Below, one piece after another: positions 1-6,469 of a stretch of 17,317 bases of DNA. The stretch is from a virus (Duplodnaviria > Heunggongvirae > Uroviricota > Caudoviricetes): IMG/VR virus record IMGVR_UViG_3300029745_000045; one strand, given 5' to 3'. The position numbers and the translations under genes are program-made. Positions within the stretch are counted from its first letter, which is position 1; each line of letters starts with the position of its first letter. The notes under the pieces are model-generated. The model had not been told where the DNA came from and did no database searches. It worked only from the letters and a program-made list of their open reading frames with translations.

Positions 1-2
1 CG

Positions 3-131
3 GAACCATCCCCGGAACTGCTTCCGGAACCACAGGCGGAAGATGTCACCACGGAAAATGGTGATATTCAGCCGGAGCCACCGGTGACGGATATGACAGA
101 CACACAGCCAGAATCGGGCACAATGCTGTAA
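3..131 (+). CDS. 3' end of an upstream gene (partial, unknown product; acidic Pro/Glu-rich C-terminal tail)
   Basis: Open frame from the window edge to TAA at 129-131, translating ...EPSPELLPEPQAEDVTTENGDIQPEPPVTDMTDTQPESGTML. No start in window; identity not recognised. Confidence 0.3.
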   Translation, partial: EPSPELLPEPQAEDVTTENGDIQPEPPVTDMTDTQPESGTML

Positions 132-206
132 CGGTGAGTCAGGGTCATCAGTAAAGAGCTGGTGGCCCTTTTGTTGTTGTGAGCTTCCGAGTACGGGAGA
201 CGGGGT

Positions 207-422
207 ATGTACCAGATGGAAAAAATCACAACAGGTGTGTCATACACCACGTCAGCGGTGGGAACGGGCTACTGGTTCCTGCAGTTGCTGGACAGGGTTT
301 CCCCGTCTCAGTGGGCGGCAATAGGCGTGCTGGGGAGTCTGCTGTTTGGGCTGCTGACATATCTGACTAACCTGTATTTCAAAATCAGAGAGGACCGGCG
401 TAAGGCGGCGCGGGGAGAATGA
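207..422 (+). CDS. S: Class II holin (phage 21 S-like pinholin), 71 aa with possible second start at Met4 (68 aa)
   Basis: Two hydrophobic segments ([18 protein letters not shown] and [18 protein letters not shown]) and a charged C-terminus [13 protein letters not shown]; close resemblance to recalled phage 21 S sequence; M-Y-Q-M dual-start arrangement; GGAG-type RBS upstream; immediately precedes the endolysin. Confidence 0.8.
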   Translation: MYQMEKITTGVSYTTSAVGTGYWFLQLLDRVSPSQWAAIGVLGSLLFGLLTYLTNLYFKIREDRRKAARGE

Positions 423-426
423 ACTG

Positions 427-960
427 GTGAGCAGAAAACTCCGCTATGGTTTATCGGCTGCCGTTCTGGCGCTGATTGCCGCTGGCGCTTCTGCGCCTGA
501 CATTCTCGACCAGTTTCTGGATGAAAAAGAAGGCAACCACACCACAGCATACCGTGATGGTGCGGGTATCTGGACCATCTGCCGTGGAGCCACCCGGGTG
601 GATGGTAAGCCTGTTATTCCTGGCATGAAGCTGTCGAAGGAAAAATGCGACCGGGTTAATGCCATTGAGCGTGATAAGGCGCTGGCATGGGTGGAGAAAA
701 ACATCCGGGTGCCACTGACCGAACCCCAGAAAGCGGGGATCGCGTCATTCTGTCCGTACAACATTGGCCCCGGTAAGTGTTTCCCGTCGACGTTTTATAA
801 ACGAATTAATGCTGGTGATCGCAGGGGAGCATGTGAGGCGATTCGCTGGTGGATTAAGGACGGTGGCAGGGACTGCCGTATTCGCTCAAATAACTGTTAC
901 GGTCAGGTATCCCGGCGAGACCAGGAGAGCGCGCTGGCGTGCTGGGGAATCGACAGATAA
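427..960 (+). CDS. R: SAR endolysin (T4-lysozyme-like muramidase, phage 21 R-like)
   Basis: GTG start 4 nt after the holin stop. N-terminal Gly/Ala-rich weakly hydrophobic segment (YGLSAAVLALIAAGASA) typical of a signal-anchor-release domain, followed by the E-x8-D-x5-T catalytic spacing (EGNHTTAYRDGAGIWT). Confidence 0.85.
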   Translation: MSRKLRYGLSAAVLALIAAGASAPDILDQFLDEKEGNHTTAYRDGAGIWTICRGATRVDGKPVIPGMKLSKEKCDRVNAIERDKALAWVEKNIRVPLTEPQKAGIASFCPYNIGPGKCFPSTFYKRINAGDRRGACEAIRWWIKDGGRDCRIRSNNCYGQVSRRDQESALACWGIDR

Positions 961-1067
961 GCAGAATATTTTGCTGAAAAATGACGTTGGCCAACGCGGG
1001 CGGATAACACGAAATCCTGCGAGCTGGCAAAATGTAAGTGAATAAAGTCAGGAACATTATTTCACGC

Positions 1068-1100
1068 AGAGGCACCGTAATGGTGCCTTTGTCATTTCTG
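1068..1100 (+). terminator. Candidate intrinsic terminator downstream of the endolysin
   Basis: Hairpin aggcacc-gtaat-ggtgcct (1070-1088) followed by the T-rich run TTGTCATTTCTG. The T tract is interrupted, so it is probably weak. Confidence 0.4.
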
Positions 1101-1151
1101 CGCTTCGCACAAGCGTAAATAAACCAAAGAACCTTTCAGGATGAGCCCTGG

Positions 1152-1199
1152 TGGATAACCGGCAGTGGTCTGGTTAACCCTCTTTGGGCTGGTTATTCC
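1152..1199. promoter_or_regulatory. Three direct repeats TGG(A/T)TAACC-like at 19-bp spacing upstream of the antirepressor gene
   Basis: TGGATAACC at 1152, TGGTTAACC at 1171 and TGGTTATTCC at 1190, read directly from the sequence, 35-80 bp upstream of the ATG at 1234. Confidence 0.3.
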
Positions 1200-1233
1200 T
1201 GTGCGCAGGGTTCATCACTAAAAGGAATCAACC

Positions 1234-1929
1234 ATGAAAGAGATGATTTCTGTCGATCATGAAATATCCATGAGTAGTCTGGATTTTCTGAATAACATTA
1301 TTAATCCAGCCCGGGCAGAAGCCGGAGAAGTCCCTCATGAACCGCGTAAGTTTCTTGCAAAAATTGAGGATGAGCTAGAGCTTGATGGAACCGGAAAAAA
1401 ATTCCGGTTAAACAATAACCAGACAAGAACGGCATACTATGATCTGGATTTTGACCAGATGATGCTCGTTGGCATGAGGGAGTCAAAGGCCGTTCGTCGT
1501 TCTGTGCTGGCAAGACTCAAAGCGATGCATGGTATTCAGATCCCCCGGACTTTACCTGAGGCGTTGCGATTTGCGGCAAAACTGGCTGAACAGAAAGCAG
1601 TGCTGGAAAATCAACTGGCAATAGCAGCGCCGAAGGCTGAATTTGTTGATAACTATGTTGAAGCATCTGGTCTGATGGGATTCCGGGAAGTTGCTAAGTT
1701 ACTCGGTATCAAAGAAACCGATTTCCGGCTGTTTTTGTTGGAGAACGGAATAATGTATCGCCTCGCTGGAAAAATGACGCCTTACTCGCATCACCTGGAT
1801 GCGGGGCGGTTTAGCGTGAAAACGGGCGAGGCGGGCAATGGTCATGCTTTTACGCAGGTTAAATTCACCCCAAAAGGTGTTGAGTGGATTGCTGGTCTGC
1901 TTGCTGCATGGAGAGCTACCGCAGCATGA
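1234..1929 (+). CDS. Phage antirepressor / regulatory protein (Rha-like N-terminal region, KilA-C/ANT-like C-terminal domain)
   Basis: 231-aa ORF with an AAGGA RBS. The C-terminal half (…AEFVDNYVEASGLMGFREVAKLLGIKETDFRLFLLENGIMYRL…FTQVKFTPKGVEWIAGLL) matches the recalled ANT/KilA-C pattern. Assignment from memory of domain signatures. Confidence 0.65.
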   Translation: MKEMISVDHEISMSSLDFLNNIINPARAEAGEVPHEPRKFLAKIEDELELDGTGKKFRLNNNQTRTAYYDLDFDQMMLVGMRESKAVRRSVLARLKAMHGIQIPRTLPEALRFAAKLAEQKAVLENQLAIAAPKAEFVDNYVEASGLMGFREVAKLLGIKETDFRLFLLENGIMYRLAGKMTPYSHHLDAGRFSVKTGEAGNGHAFTQVKFTPKGVEWIAGLLAAWRATAA

Positions 1930-2021
1930 AGATGATAAAAATGGACTGGAAATTTTTGCTGGTCTGGCTGATTCCGTTTTTATGGGTGGTTGCCCAGTTA
2001 ATTACTGCTATCAAGGGGTAA
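1926..2021 (+). CDS. Small single-pass membrane protein, 31 aa (MKMIKMDWKFLLVWLIPFLWVVAQLITAIKG)
   Basis: ATG overlaps the antirepressor TGA (gcATGAag). One hydrophobic helix flanked by Lys residues. Below the ORF-track size cutoff; found by manual translation. Confidence 0.4.
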   Translation: MKMIKMDWKFLLVWLIPFLWVVAQLITAIKG

Positions 2022-2023
2022 AG

Positions 2024-2155
2024 ATGTCAGACAAACTCATAACGCCGGCAAAGGTCCTGTGTGTGATTGTCGGTATTTCATTTTCACTAATGCTGGTTGC
2101 TCTTTTTCTGTCCCTCGCCTGGGTGATGTTGTCTTCGTCGGGGCTGCTGGGGTGA
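2024..2155 (+). CDS. Small single-pass membrane protein, 43 aa (MSDKLITPAKVLCVIVGISFSLMLVALFLSLAWVMLSSSGLLG)
   Basis: ATG at 2024 preceded by AAGGGG (2013-2018); starts 2 nt after the previous small ORF stop; strongly hydrophobic core. C-terminal part of the 1838..2155 track ORF. Confidence 0.45.
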   Translation: MSDKLITPAKVLCVIVGISFSLMLVALFLSLAWVMLSSSGLLG

Positions 2156-2274
2156 CAGTGACTGATGACATCAGCAGAGCGCTGGCTTTTGCTATTAAGT
2201 GGGTGGCTGTTGGTATTGCTGTGTCTCCGATGCTGTATGGGCTGGCAAAACTGGTCATTGCGCTGAAATCGTGA
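2152..2274 (+). CDS. Small membrane protein, ~40 aa (…TVTDDISRALAFAIKWVAVGIAVSPMLYGLAKLVIALKS), putative GTG start
   Basis: GTG at 2152 overlaps the preceding TGA (gGTGA). Hydrophobic core resembles the next small ORF (RALAFAIKWVAVGIAV vs [16 protein letters not shown]). Start codon uncertain. Confidence 0.35.
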   Translation: MTVTDDISRALAFAIKWVAVGIAVSPMLYGLAKLVIALKS

Positions 2275-2285
2275 ACTTTAAAAAG

Positions 2286-2372
2286 ATGAGTGCTGAACTT
2301 ATTCGGGCAATGGCATTTGCCATTCGTATTGTGGCCATTGCTGTTCTGGTCTGGGCAATTCGTTGGTGGTGA
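2286..2372 (+). CDS. Small membrane peptide, 28 aa ([28 protein letters not shown])
   Basis: ATG at 2286; its TGA (2370-2372) sits 1 nt before the Rz ATG at 2374. Hydrophobic and similar to the preceding small ORF. Below the ORF-track cutoff. Confidence 0.35.
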   Translation: MSAELIRAMAFAIRIVAIAVLVWAIRWW

Positions 2373-2373
2373 T

Positions 2374-2868
2374 ATGAACCGTGTTCTGTGTGTGGTGATT
2401 ATTGTCATGCTGGTAGCCTGTGGTGTGCTTAGTCTGGGGCTGAATCATTACCGTGATAACGCCATAACCTACAAAGAGCAGCGCGATAAAAAAGTCAGTG
2501 AGCTGGAGCAGGCAAATGCAACCATTACTGATATGCAGCAGCGCCAGCGTGATGTTGCTGCACTTGATGCCAGATACTCGAGGGAATTAGCCGATGCGAG
2601 AGCTGAAAATGAAACTCTGCGCGCTGACGTTGCCGCTGGTCGTAAGCGCCTGCGGGTCAACGCCACCTGCCCCGGTACCGTGCGTGAAGCCACCGGCACC
2701 TCCGGCGTGGATAATGCAACCGGCCCCCGACTGGCAGACACCGCTGAACGGGATTATTTCACTCTCAGAGAGCGGTTGATGCTGATGCAGAAGCAGCTGG
2801 AAGGGGCGCAGGAATATATCCGCACTCAGTGCACTAAGCTGGCTTTTTATTATCCGGAGGATATATGA
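2374..2868 (+). CDS. Rz: Rz i-spanin (inner-membrane spanin subunit)
   Basis: Internal ATG of the 2290..2868 track ORF. N-terminal TM segment then …[16 protein letters not shown]…[45 protein letters not shown]…[37 protein letters not shown], closely matching recalled lambda Rz. Confidence 0.85.
   Translation: MNRVLCVVIIVMLVACGVLSLGLNHYRDNAITYKEQRDKKVSELEQANATITDMQQRQRDVAALDARYSRELADARAENETLRADVAAGRKRLRVNATCPGTVREATGTSGVDNATGPRLADTAERDYFTLRERLMLMQKQLEGAQEYIRTQCTKLAFYYPEDI
2594..2779 (+). CDS. Rz1: Rz1 o-spanin (outer-membrane lipoprotein) embedded in the +1 frame of Rz
   Basis: Entirely inside Rz in another frame. Lipobox VSAC, then Pro-rich …[27 protein letters not shown], matching recalled lambda Rz1. 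True start may be the internal Met at 2609. Confidence 0.8.
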   Translation: MRELKMKLCALTLPLVVSACGSTPPAPVPCVKPPAPPAWIMQPAPDWQTPLNGIISLSESG

Positions 2869-3089
2869 AGAAATTACGGGTAACCGTAGAACCTTTTCAG
2901 GGAACAATTCCGTTCCGTATTTTGCAGCGTGGTCGTGTTCTTGTTGAAGGTTCGTTCAGTGGTAAATGTACGCAATTACACTCCCGGACCTTTCAGGTGA
3001 ATGCCACGAATGAAGAGCTAACCGTTGAGTGTACGATGAATACCGCTAAATGCCGCATGGTATCCGCTGCATTACAGCGAGTGTGTTGA
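2865..3089 (+). CDS. Hypothetical protein, 74 aa, translationally coupled to Rz
   Basis: ATG overlaps the Rz stop (ATGA) with a GGAGG RBS. No recognised family, no lipobox, no TM segment. Confidence 0.45.
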   Translation: MKKLRVTVEPFQGTIPFRILQRGRVLVEGSFSGKCTQLHSRTFQVNATNEELTVECTMNTAKCRMVSAALQRVC

Positions 3090-3287
3090 GCGACCTTATT
3101 ATCCATGCGCGGTATTGTCGCCGTATCCCCGCATTAACAGAGACCGCAGCCCGACCGGGAGACTCCTCTGCGCGAGTGTGCGGGGATAATCAAAAACGAT
3201 ACACACCGGGGTTTACCGCGTTAACGGAGCGCGGCGTTGTCCCCTCATAGTCGCCTGTCCGGTGCGATGGTGGAAGAAACCGAACGT

Positions 3288-3488
3288 TCATTTCTCGTTA
3301 TTTTTCATGCTGGCCGGGCGCAGATGCGTTGCATCTGTTGCCAGCCTTCTCCTGCAGGCTTCAATAACCCACGCTGAAAAGTTACCGGACCCTTTATGCT
3401 CAAGGGCTATGTTGATTTGTTCAATTATGTGATTGGGGAAACGGATATTGCGGGTTGTGGTTCTGCGGGTCCGGTTTTTCGATGACAT
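3288..3488 (-). CDS. ylcI: YlcI/YnfO-family small protein (DUF3950-like), prophage moron
   Basis: 66 aa, MSSKNRTRRTTTRNIRFPNHIIEQINIALEHKGSGNFSAWVIEACRRRL…, closely resembling recalled E. coli cryptic-prophage YlcI. Opposite orientation to flanking late genes. Confidence 0.65.
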   Translation of the reverse strand: MSSKNRTRRTTTRNIRFPNHIIEQINIALEHKGSGNFSAWVIEACRRRLATDATHLRPASMKNNEK

Positions 3489-3529
3489 ATTTATTTCCTT
3501 TACTGATTGTCATATGACGGGGATTTTAC

Positions 3530-3895
3530 ATGGCTGAGCTTCGTACACTCCAGAGCAGAATCAAAACACTGAATACCCGACGGGTGAATATTCTGAAGGG
3601 TGAACAGCGTCGTGTCAGTGGCAGTGCACGTGTTTCCCTCAAGCGTCATATCTGGCTCAGGGACGCCGGGCAGTGCTGTATCTGTGGTCGTGTGGTTGAC
3701 CTCTGTGACAGTGAACTTGATCACCGAATTGCACTTCAGTTCGGTGGTGGTAATGAGGAGACGAATCTCTGGACGCTCTGTACCGAATGCCATCGACAAA
3801 AGTCTGCTCGTGAAGCGGCGGGTGGTATGCCGGACCCGACGCTGCCGGAGGTGTCCGGAGGTAGTGGCAGAGCGGACGACATCATCGGACTGTAA
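3530..3895 (+). CDS. HNH endonuclease (phage packaging-associated)
   Basis: Cys-rich HNH motif (CCICG…ELDHRIALQFGG…NLWTLCTECHRQK) and position just upstream of the terminase genes, as in HK97-like cos phages. Confidence 0.85.
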   Translation: MAELRTLQSRIKTLNTRRVNILKGEQRRVSGSARVSLKRHIWLRDAGQCCICGRVVDLCDSELDHRIALQFGGGNEETNLWTLCTECHRQKSAREAAGGMPDPTLPEVSGGSGRADDIIGL

Positions 3896-3986
3896 CCCGA
3901 CCCGGGGGGGGATCATCCGGCGTAAAAAACGATCGCTTTGGACACCGCGCCCCCTCTCACGCAGAGAAAAAATTCCCGTTTCAGGG

Positions 3987-4114
3987 CAGTTAACATGTTA
4001 ACTGGCTGCCCGGGCATTTTTGCGGTTTTTATCTTTATTATTCAGTTTGTTGTGCGGAAAAAATGTTAACTGGCTTTTTCAGCAAATGTTAACCAGGCAG
4101 CAGTTAACATTTGC
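3987..4114. repeat. Cluster of GTTAAC-centred palindromes and direct repeats; candidate cos / terminase recognition region
   Basis: Perfect 18-bp palindrome cagttaacatgttaactg (3987-4004); direct repeat ATGTTAACTGGCT at 3996 and 4063; 12-bp inverted arms gcaaatgttaac / gttaacatttgc (4082-4114). A-tract-rich DNA between them. Confidence 0.5.
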
Positions 4115-4184
4115 GGCATGAGACGCCGGGAAAAATGGGCTGAACCATACCCGGCTGAGTGCGTTCTGGACCCGGGAGGAGGCT

Positions 4185-4748
4185 GTGCTGACAACGCAAA
4201 AACGAAAATTTGCGCTGGCGCTCATGTCCGGGAAAAACAAAACAGCGTCAGCCATTGCCGCCGGTTATTCGGCGAAGACCGCCAGGGTTAAAGGCTCGCA
4301 GCTGGCAAAAGATCCGGAGGTGCTTGCGTTTATAGCCCGTAAACAATGCGAGACGGTGGAGGTGGATGAGGTTCCTGTTTACCGGCAGAAAAAATCAGAG
4401 CAGGAGGATAAACCCCGTCGCCGTGAGGCGGCTGCAATACCACAGCCGGACGAAAACAATCCGGAGATGCCACCGTCCGCGGTGATGTCTCCTGGTATTG
4501 AATATATGGAGGATGGTCTTCCCGATCCGGTGAAAGCCATGGGGCGGATCCTGGTGGAAAACCTCTGCATTGATCCGAAACTGGCACTGGATGCGGCCTG
4601 GCGTCTGGCGCAGTTCACGCACCATAAAAAAGGGGATACCGGGAAAAAATCGGCAAAAGGTGATGCCGCGAAAAAAGCGGCTAACCGTTTTGCGGTGCCA
4701 CCGCCACCCAGACTGGTGGTGAATAACGATAATGAGGGCAACGGATGA
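4185..4748 (+). CDS. terS: Terminase small subunit
   Basis: GTG start with GGGAGGAGG RBS. N-terminal HTH-like motif (KTASAIAAGYSAKTARVKGSQLAKDPEVLAFI) typical of phage small terminase subunits. Stop overlaps the large-subunit start (ATGA). Confidence 0.8.
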   Translation: MLTTQKRKFALALMSGKNKTASAIAAGYSAKTARVKGSQLAKDPEVLAFIARKQCETVEVDEVPVYRQKKSEQEDKPRRREAAAIPQPDENNPEMPPSAVMSPGIEYMEDGLPDPVKAMGRILVENLCIDPKLALDAAWRLAQFTHHKKGDTGKKSAKGDAAKKAANRFAVPPPPRLVVNNDNEGNG

Positions 4749-6406
4749 TACCTGTATGGAGCACAGCCTGCCCGGACTGGGCAGAGCGCCTGAAAAAGGG
4801 GCTGTCGATTATTCCGGATCCGATTTATCCGGACGAGGCCGCACATGCCCTGGCGATTTTTAAACAACTGCGGATTGTGGATGCACCTGGTAGCCCTACG
4901 TTCGGGGAGTCCTGTGCACCGTGGGTGTTTGACCTGGTGGCGGCCCTGTTTGGCTCCTACGATGCGCAGACCGGTGTACGCCATATCAAGGAAGTTTTTA
5001 TCCTTATCCCCAAGAAAAACTCGAAGTCCACGCTGGCCGCGGGGATCATGATGACGGCGCTGTTACTGAACTGGCGGCAGGCGGCGGGTTACACGATTCT
5101 GGCCCCGACTGTGGAGGTGGCGGCCAACGCCTTCAACCCTGCCCGGGATATGGTACGACGTGACGATGATCTGGATGACCTCTGCCAGGTACAGACCCAT
5201 ATCCGGACCATCACCCACAGGGTGACAGACACCACCCTGAAGGTGGTGGCAGCCGATCCGAATACGGTGTCCGGTATCAAGTCCGTGGGTACGCTGATTG
5301 ATGAGTTGTGGCTGTTTGGCAAGCAGTGCAAGGCGGAGGACATGTTACGTGAAGCCATAGGCGGCCTTGCCTCCCGCCCGGAAGGGTTTGTGGTGTATAC
5401 GACCACCCAGTCGAATGAACCGCCCGCCGGGGTGTTCAGACAGAAACTGCAGTACGCCCGGGATGTGCGCGACGGCAAAATTCATGATCCGCACTTTCTG
5501 CCGGTGATATTTGAACACCCTCCTGAAATGGTGGAAAGCGGGGCTCACCTGCTGATGGAAAACCTCGCCATGGTCAATCCGAATCTCGGCTATTCAGTGG
5601 ATGAGGCCTTTCTGTACCGGGAGTACCGTAAAGCCCGGGAAGCCGGTGAAGAGACATTCCGGGGGTTCATGTCAAAACACGCCAATGTGGAAATTGGTCT
5701 TGCCCTGCGCTCTGACCGCTGGGCGGGGGCTGATTTCTGGGAAGAGCAGGGCCGTTGTATCAGCCTGGACGATATCCTGCGTCGTGCTGATGTGGTGACG
5801 GTGGGGATTGACGGCGGAGGGCTGGATGATCTGCTGGGGATGTATGTGATTGGGCGTGACCGGGAGACCCGCGAATGGCTGGGCTGGGGCCATGCCTGGG
5901 CGCATGAAACCGCGGTGGTCCGACGGAAGAGCGAGGCGTCCCGGTTTCAGGATCTTGTTGCCTGTGGAGATATGACCATTGTCCGGCGTGTCGGGGATGA
6001 CACGGCGGAAGTGGCGGAATATGTGCGTCGCATTCATGAGGCTGAGTTACTGGAGCATATCGGTATTGACCCGTCAGGGGTGGGGCAGATTCTGGATTCA
6101 CTGGCGGAAGCCGGGATCCCCGACGGAATTGTGGTGGGGATAAGCCAGGGCTGGAAACTGGGCGGGGCCATTAAAACCACCGAGCGCAAACTGGCTGAAG
6201 GGGTGCTGGTGCATGGTGACCAGCCCCTGATGGCCTGGTGTGTCGGCAATGCCCGGGTGGAGCCTAAAGGTAACGCCATTCTTATCACCAAACAGGCCAG
6301 TGGACGGGGAAAAATTGACCCGCTGATGGCGCTGTTCAATGCGGTCTCCCTGATGTCCCTTAACCCGGAACCGAAAAAGAAAGAATATGCGGTTTTTTTC
6401 ATATAA
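4745..6406 (+). CDS. terL: Terminase large subunit
   Basis: 553-aa ORF coupled to terS, size and position typical of a large terminase subunit. Family-level call from memory, not a search. Confidence 0.85.
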   Translation: MIPVWSTACPDWAERLKKGLSIIPDPIYPDEAAHALAIFKQLRIVDAPGSPTFGESCAPWVFDLVAALFGSYDAQTGVRHIKEVFILIPKKNSKSTLAAGIMMTALLLNWRQAAGYTILAPTVEVAANAFNPARDMVRRDDDLDDLCQVQTHIRTITHRVTDTTLKVVAADPNTVSGIKSVGTLIDELWLFGKQCKAEDMLREAIGGLASRPEGFVVYTTTQSNEPPAGVFRQKLQYARDVRDGKIHDPHFLPVIFEHPPEMVESGAHLLMENLAMVNPNLGYSVDEAFLYREYRKAREAGEETFRGFMSKHANVEIGLALRSDRWAGADFWEEQGRCISLDDILRRADVVTVGIDGGGLDDLLGMYVIGRDRETREWLGWGHAWAHETAVVRRKSEASRFQDLVACGDMTIVRRVGDDTAEVAEYVRRIHEAELLEHIGIDPSGVGQILDSLAEAGIPDGIVVGISQGWKLGGAIKTTERKLAEGVLVHGDQPLMAWCVGNARVEPKGNAILITKQASGRGKIDPLMALFNAVSLMSLNPEPKKKEYAVFFI

Positions 6407-6469
6407 CCCTGTTCACACTGTAACCATCACGAACTGCTCCGGCGGTTTTTTTATTTTCAGGAGGCTGAT

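Noticed and set aside
764-1045. 93-aa + strand ORF overlapping the 3' half of the endolysin in another frame
   Set aside because: Arg-rich low-complexity translation and no RBS; the endolysin frame accounts for the coding signal.
1140-1233. Looked for a LexA box (CTGT-N8-ACAG) upstream of the antirepressor
   Set aside because: Only a half-site-like CTGT (1198-1201) is present with no matching ACAG at the right spacing.
1838-2155. Full 105-aa form of the ORF whose N-terminus overlaps the antirepressor
   Set aside because: The first 62 codons overlap the antirepressor and the first micro-ORF; only the C-terminal 43 codons from the RBS-preceded ATG at 2024 look like a gene.
3050-3250. 66-aa + strand ORF in the gap between the 74-aa ORF and ylcI
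   Set aside because: Starts inside the preceding gene, has no RBS, and spans the inverted-repeat region; more likely non-coding.
4379-4984. 201-aa - strand ORF antisense to terS/terL (similar long - strand ORFs at 7013..7906, 10124..11146, 13507..14277, 14626..15333)
   Set aside because: They lie opposite confidently assigned + strand genes in GC-rich DNA, have low-complexity Arg/Pro/Ser/His-rich translations and no recognisable signatures; typical shadow ORFs.
6407-6469. T7 run downstream of terL as a possible terminator
   Set aside because: No stable stem could be drawn immediately upstream of the T-run; the segment is more likely just the RBS region for the next gene.
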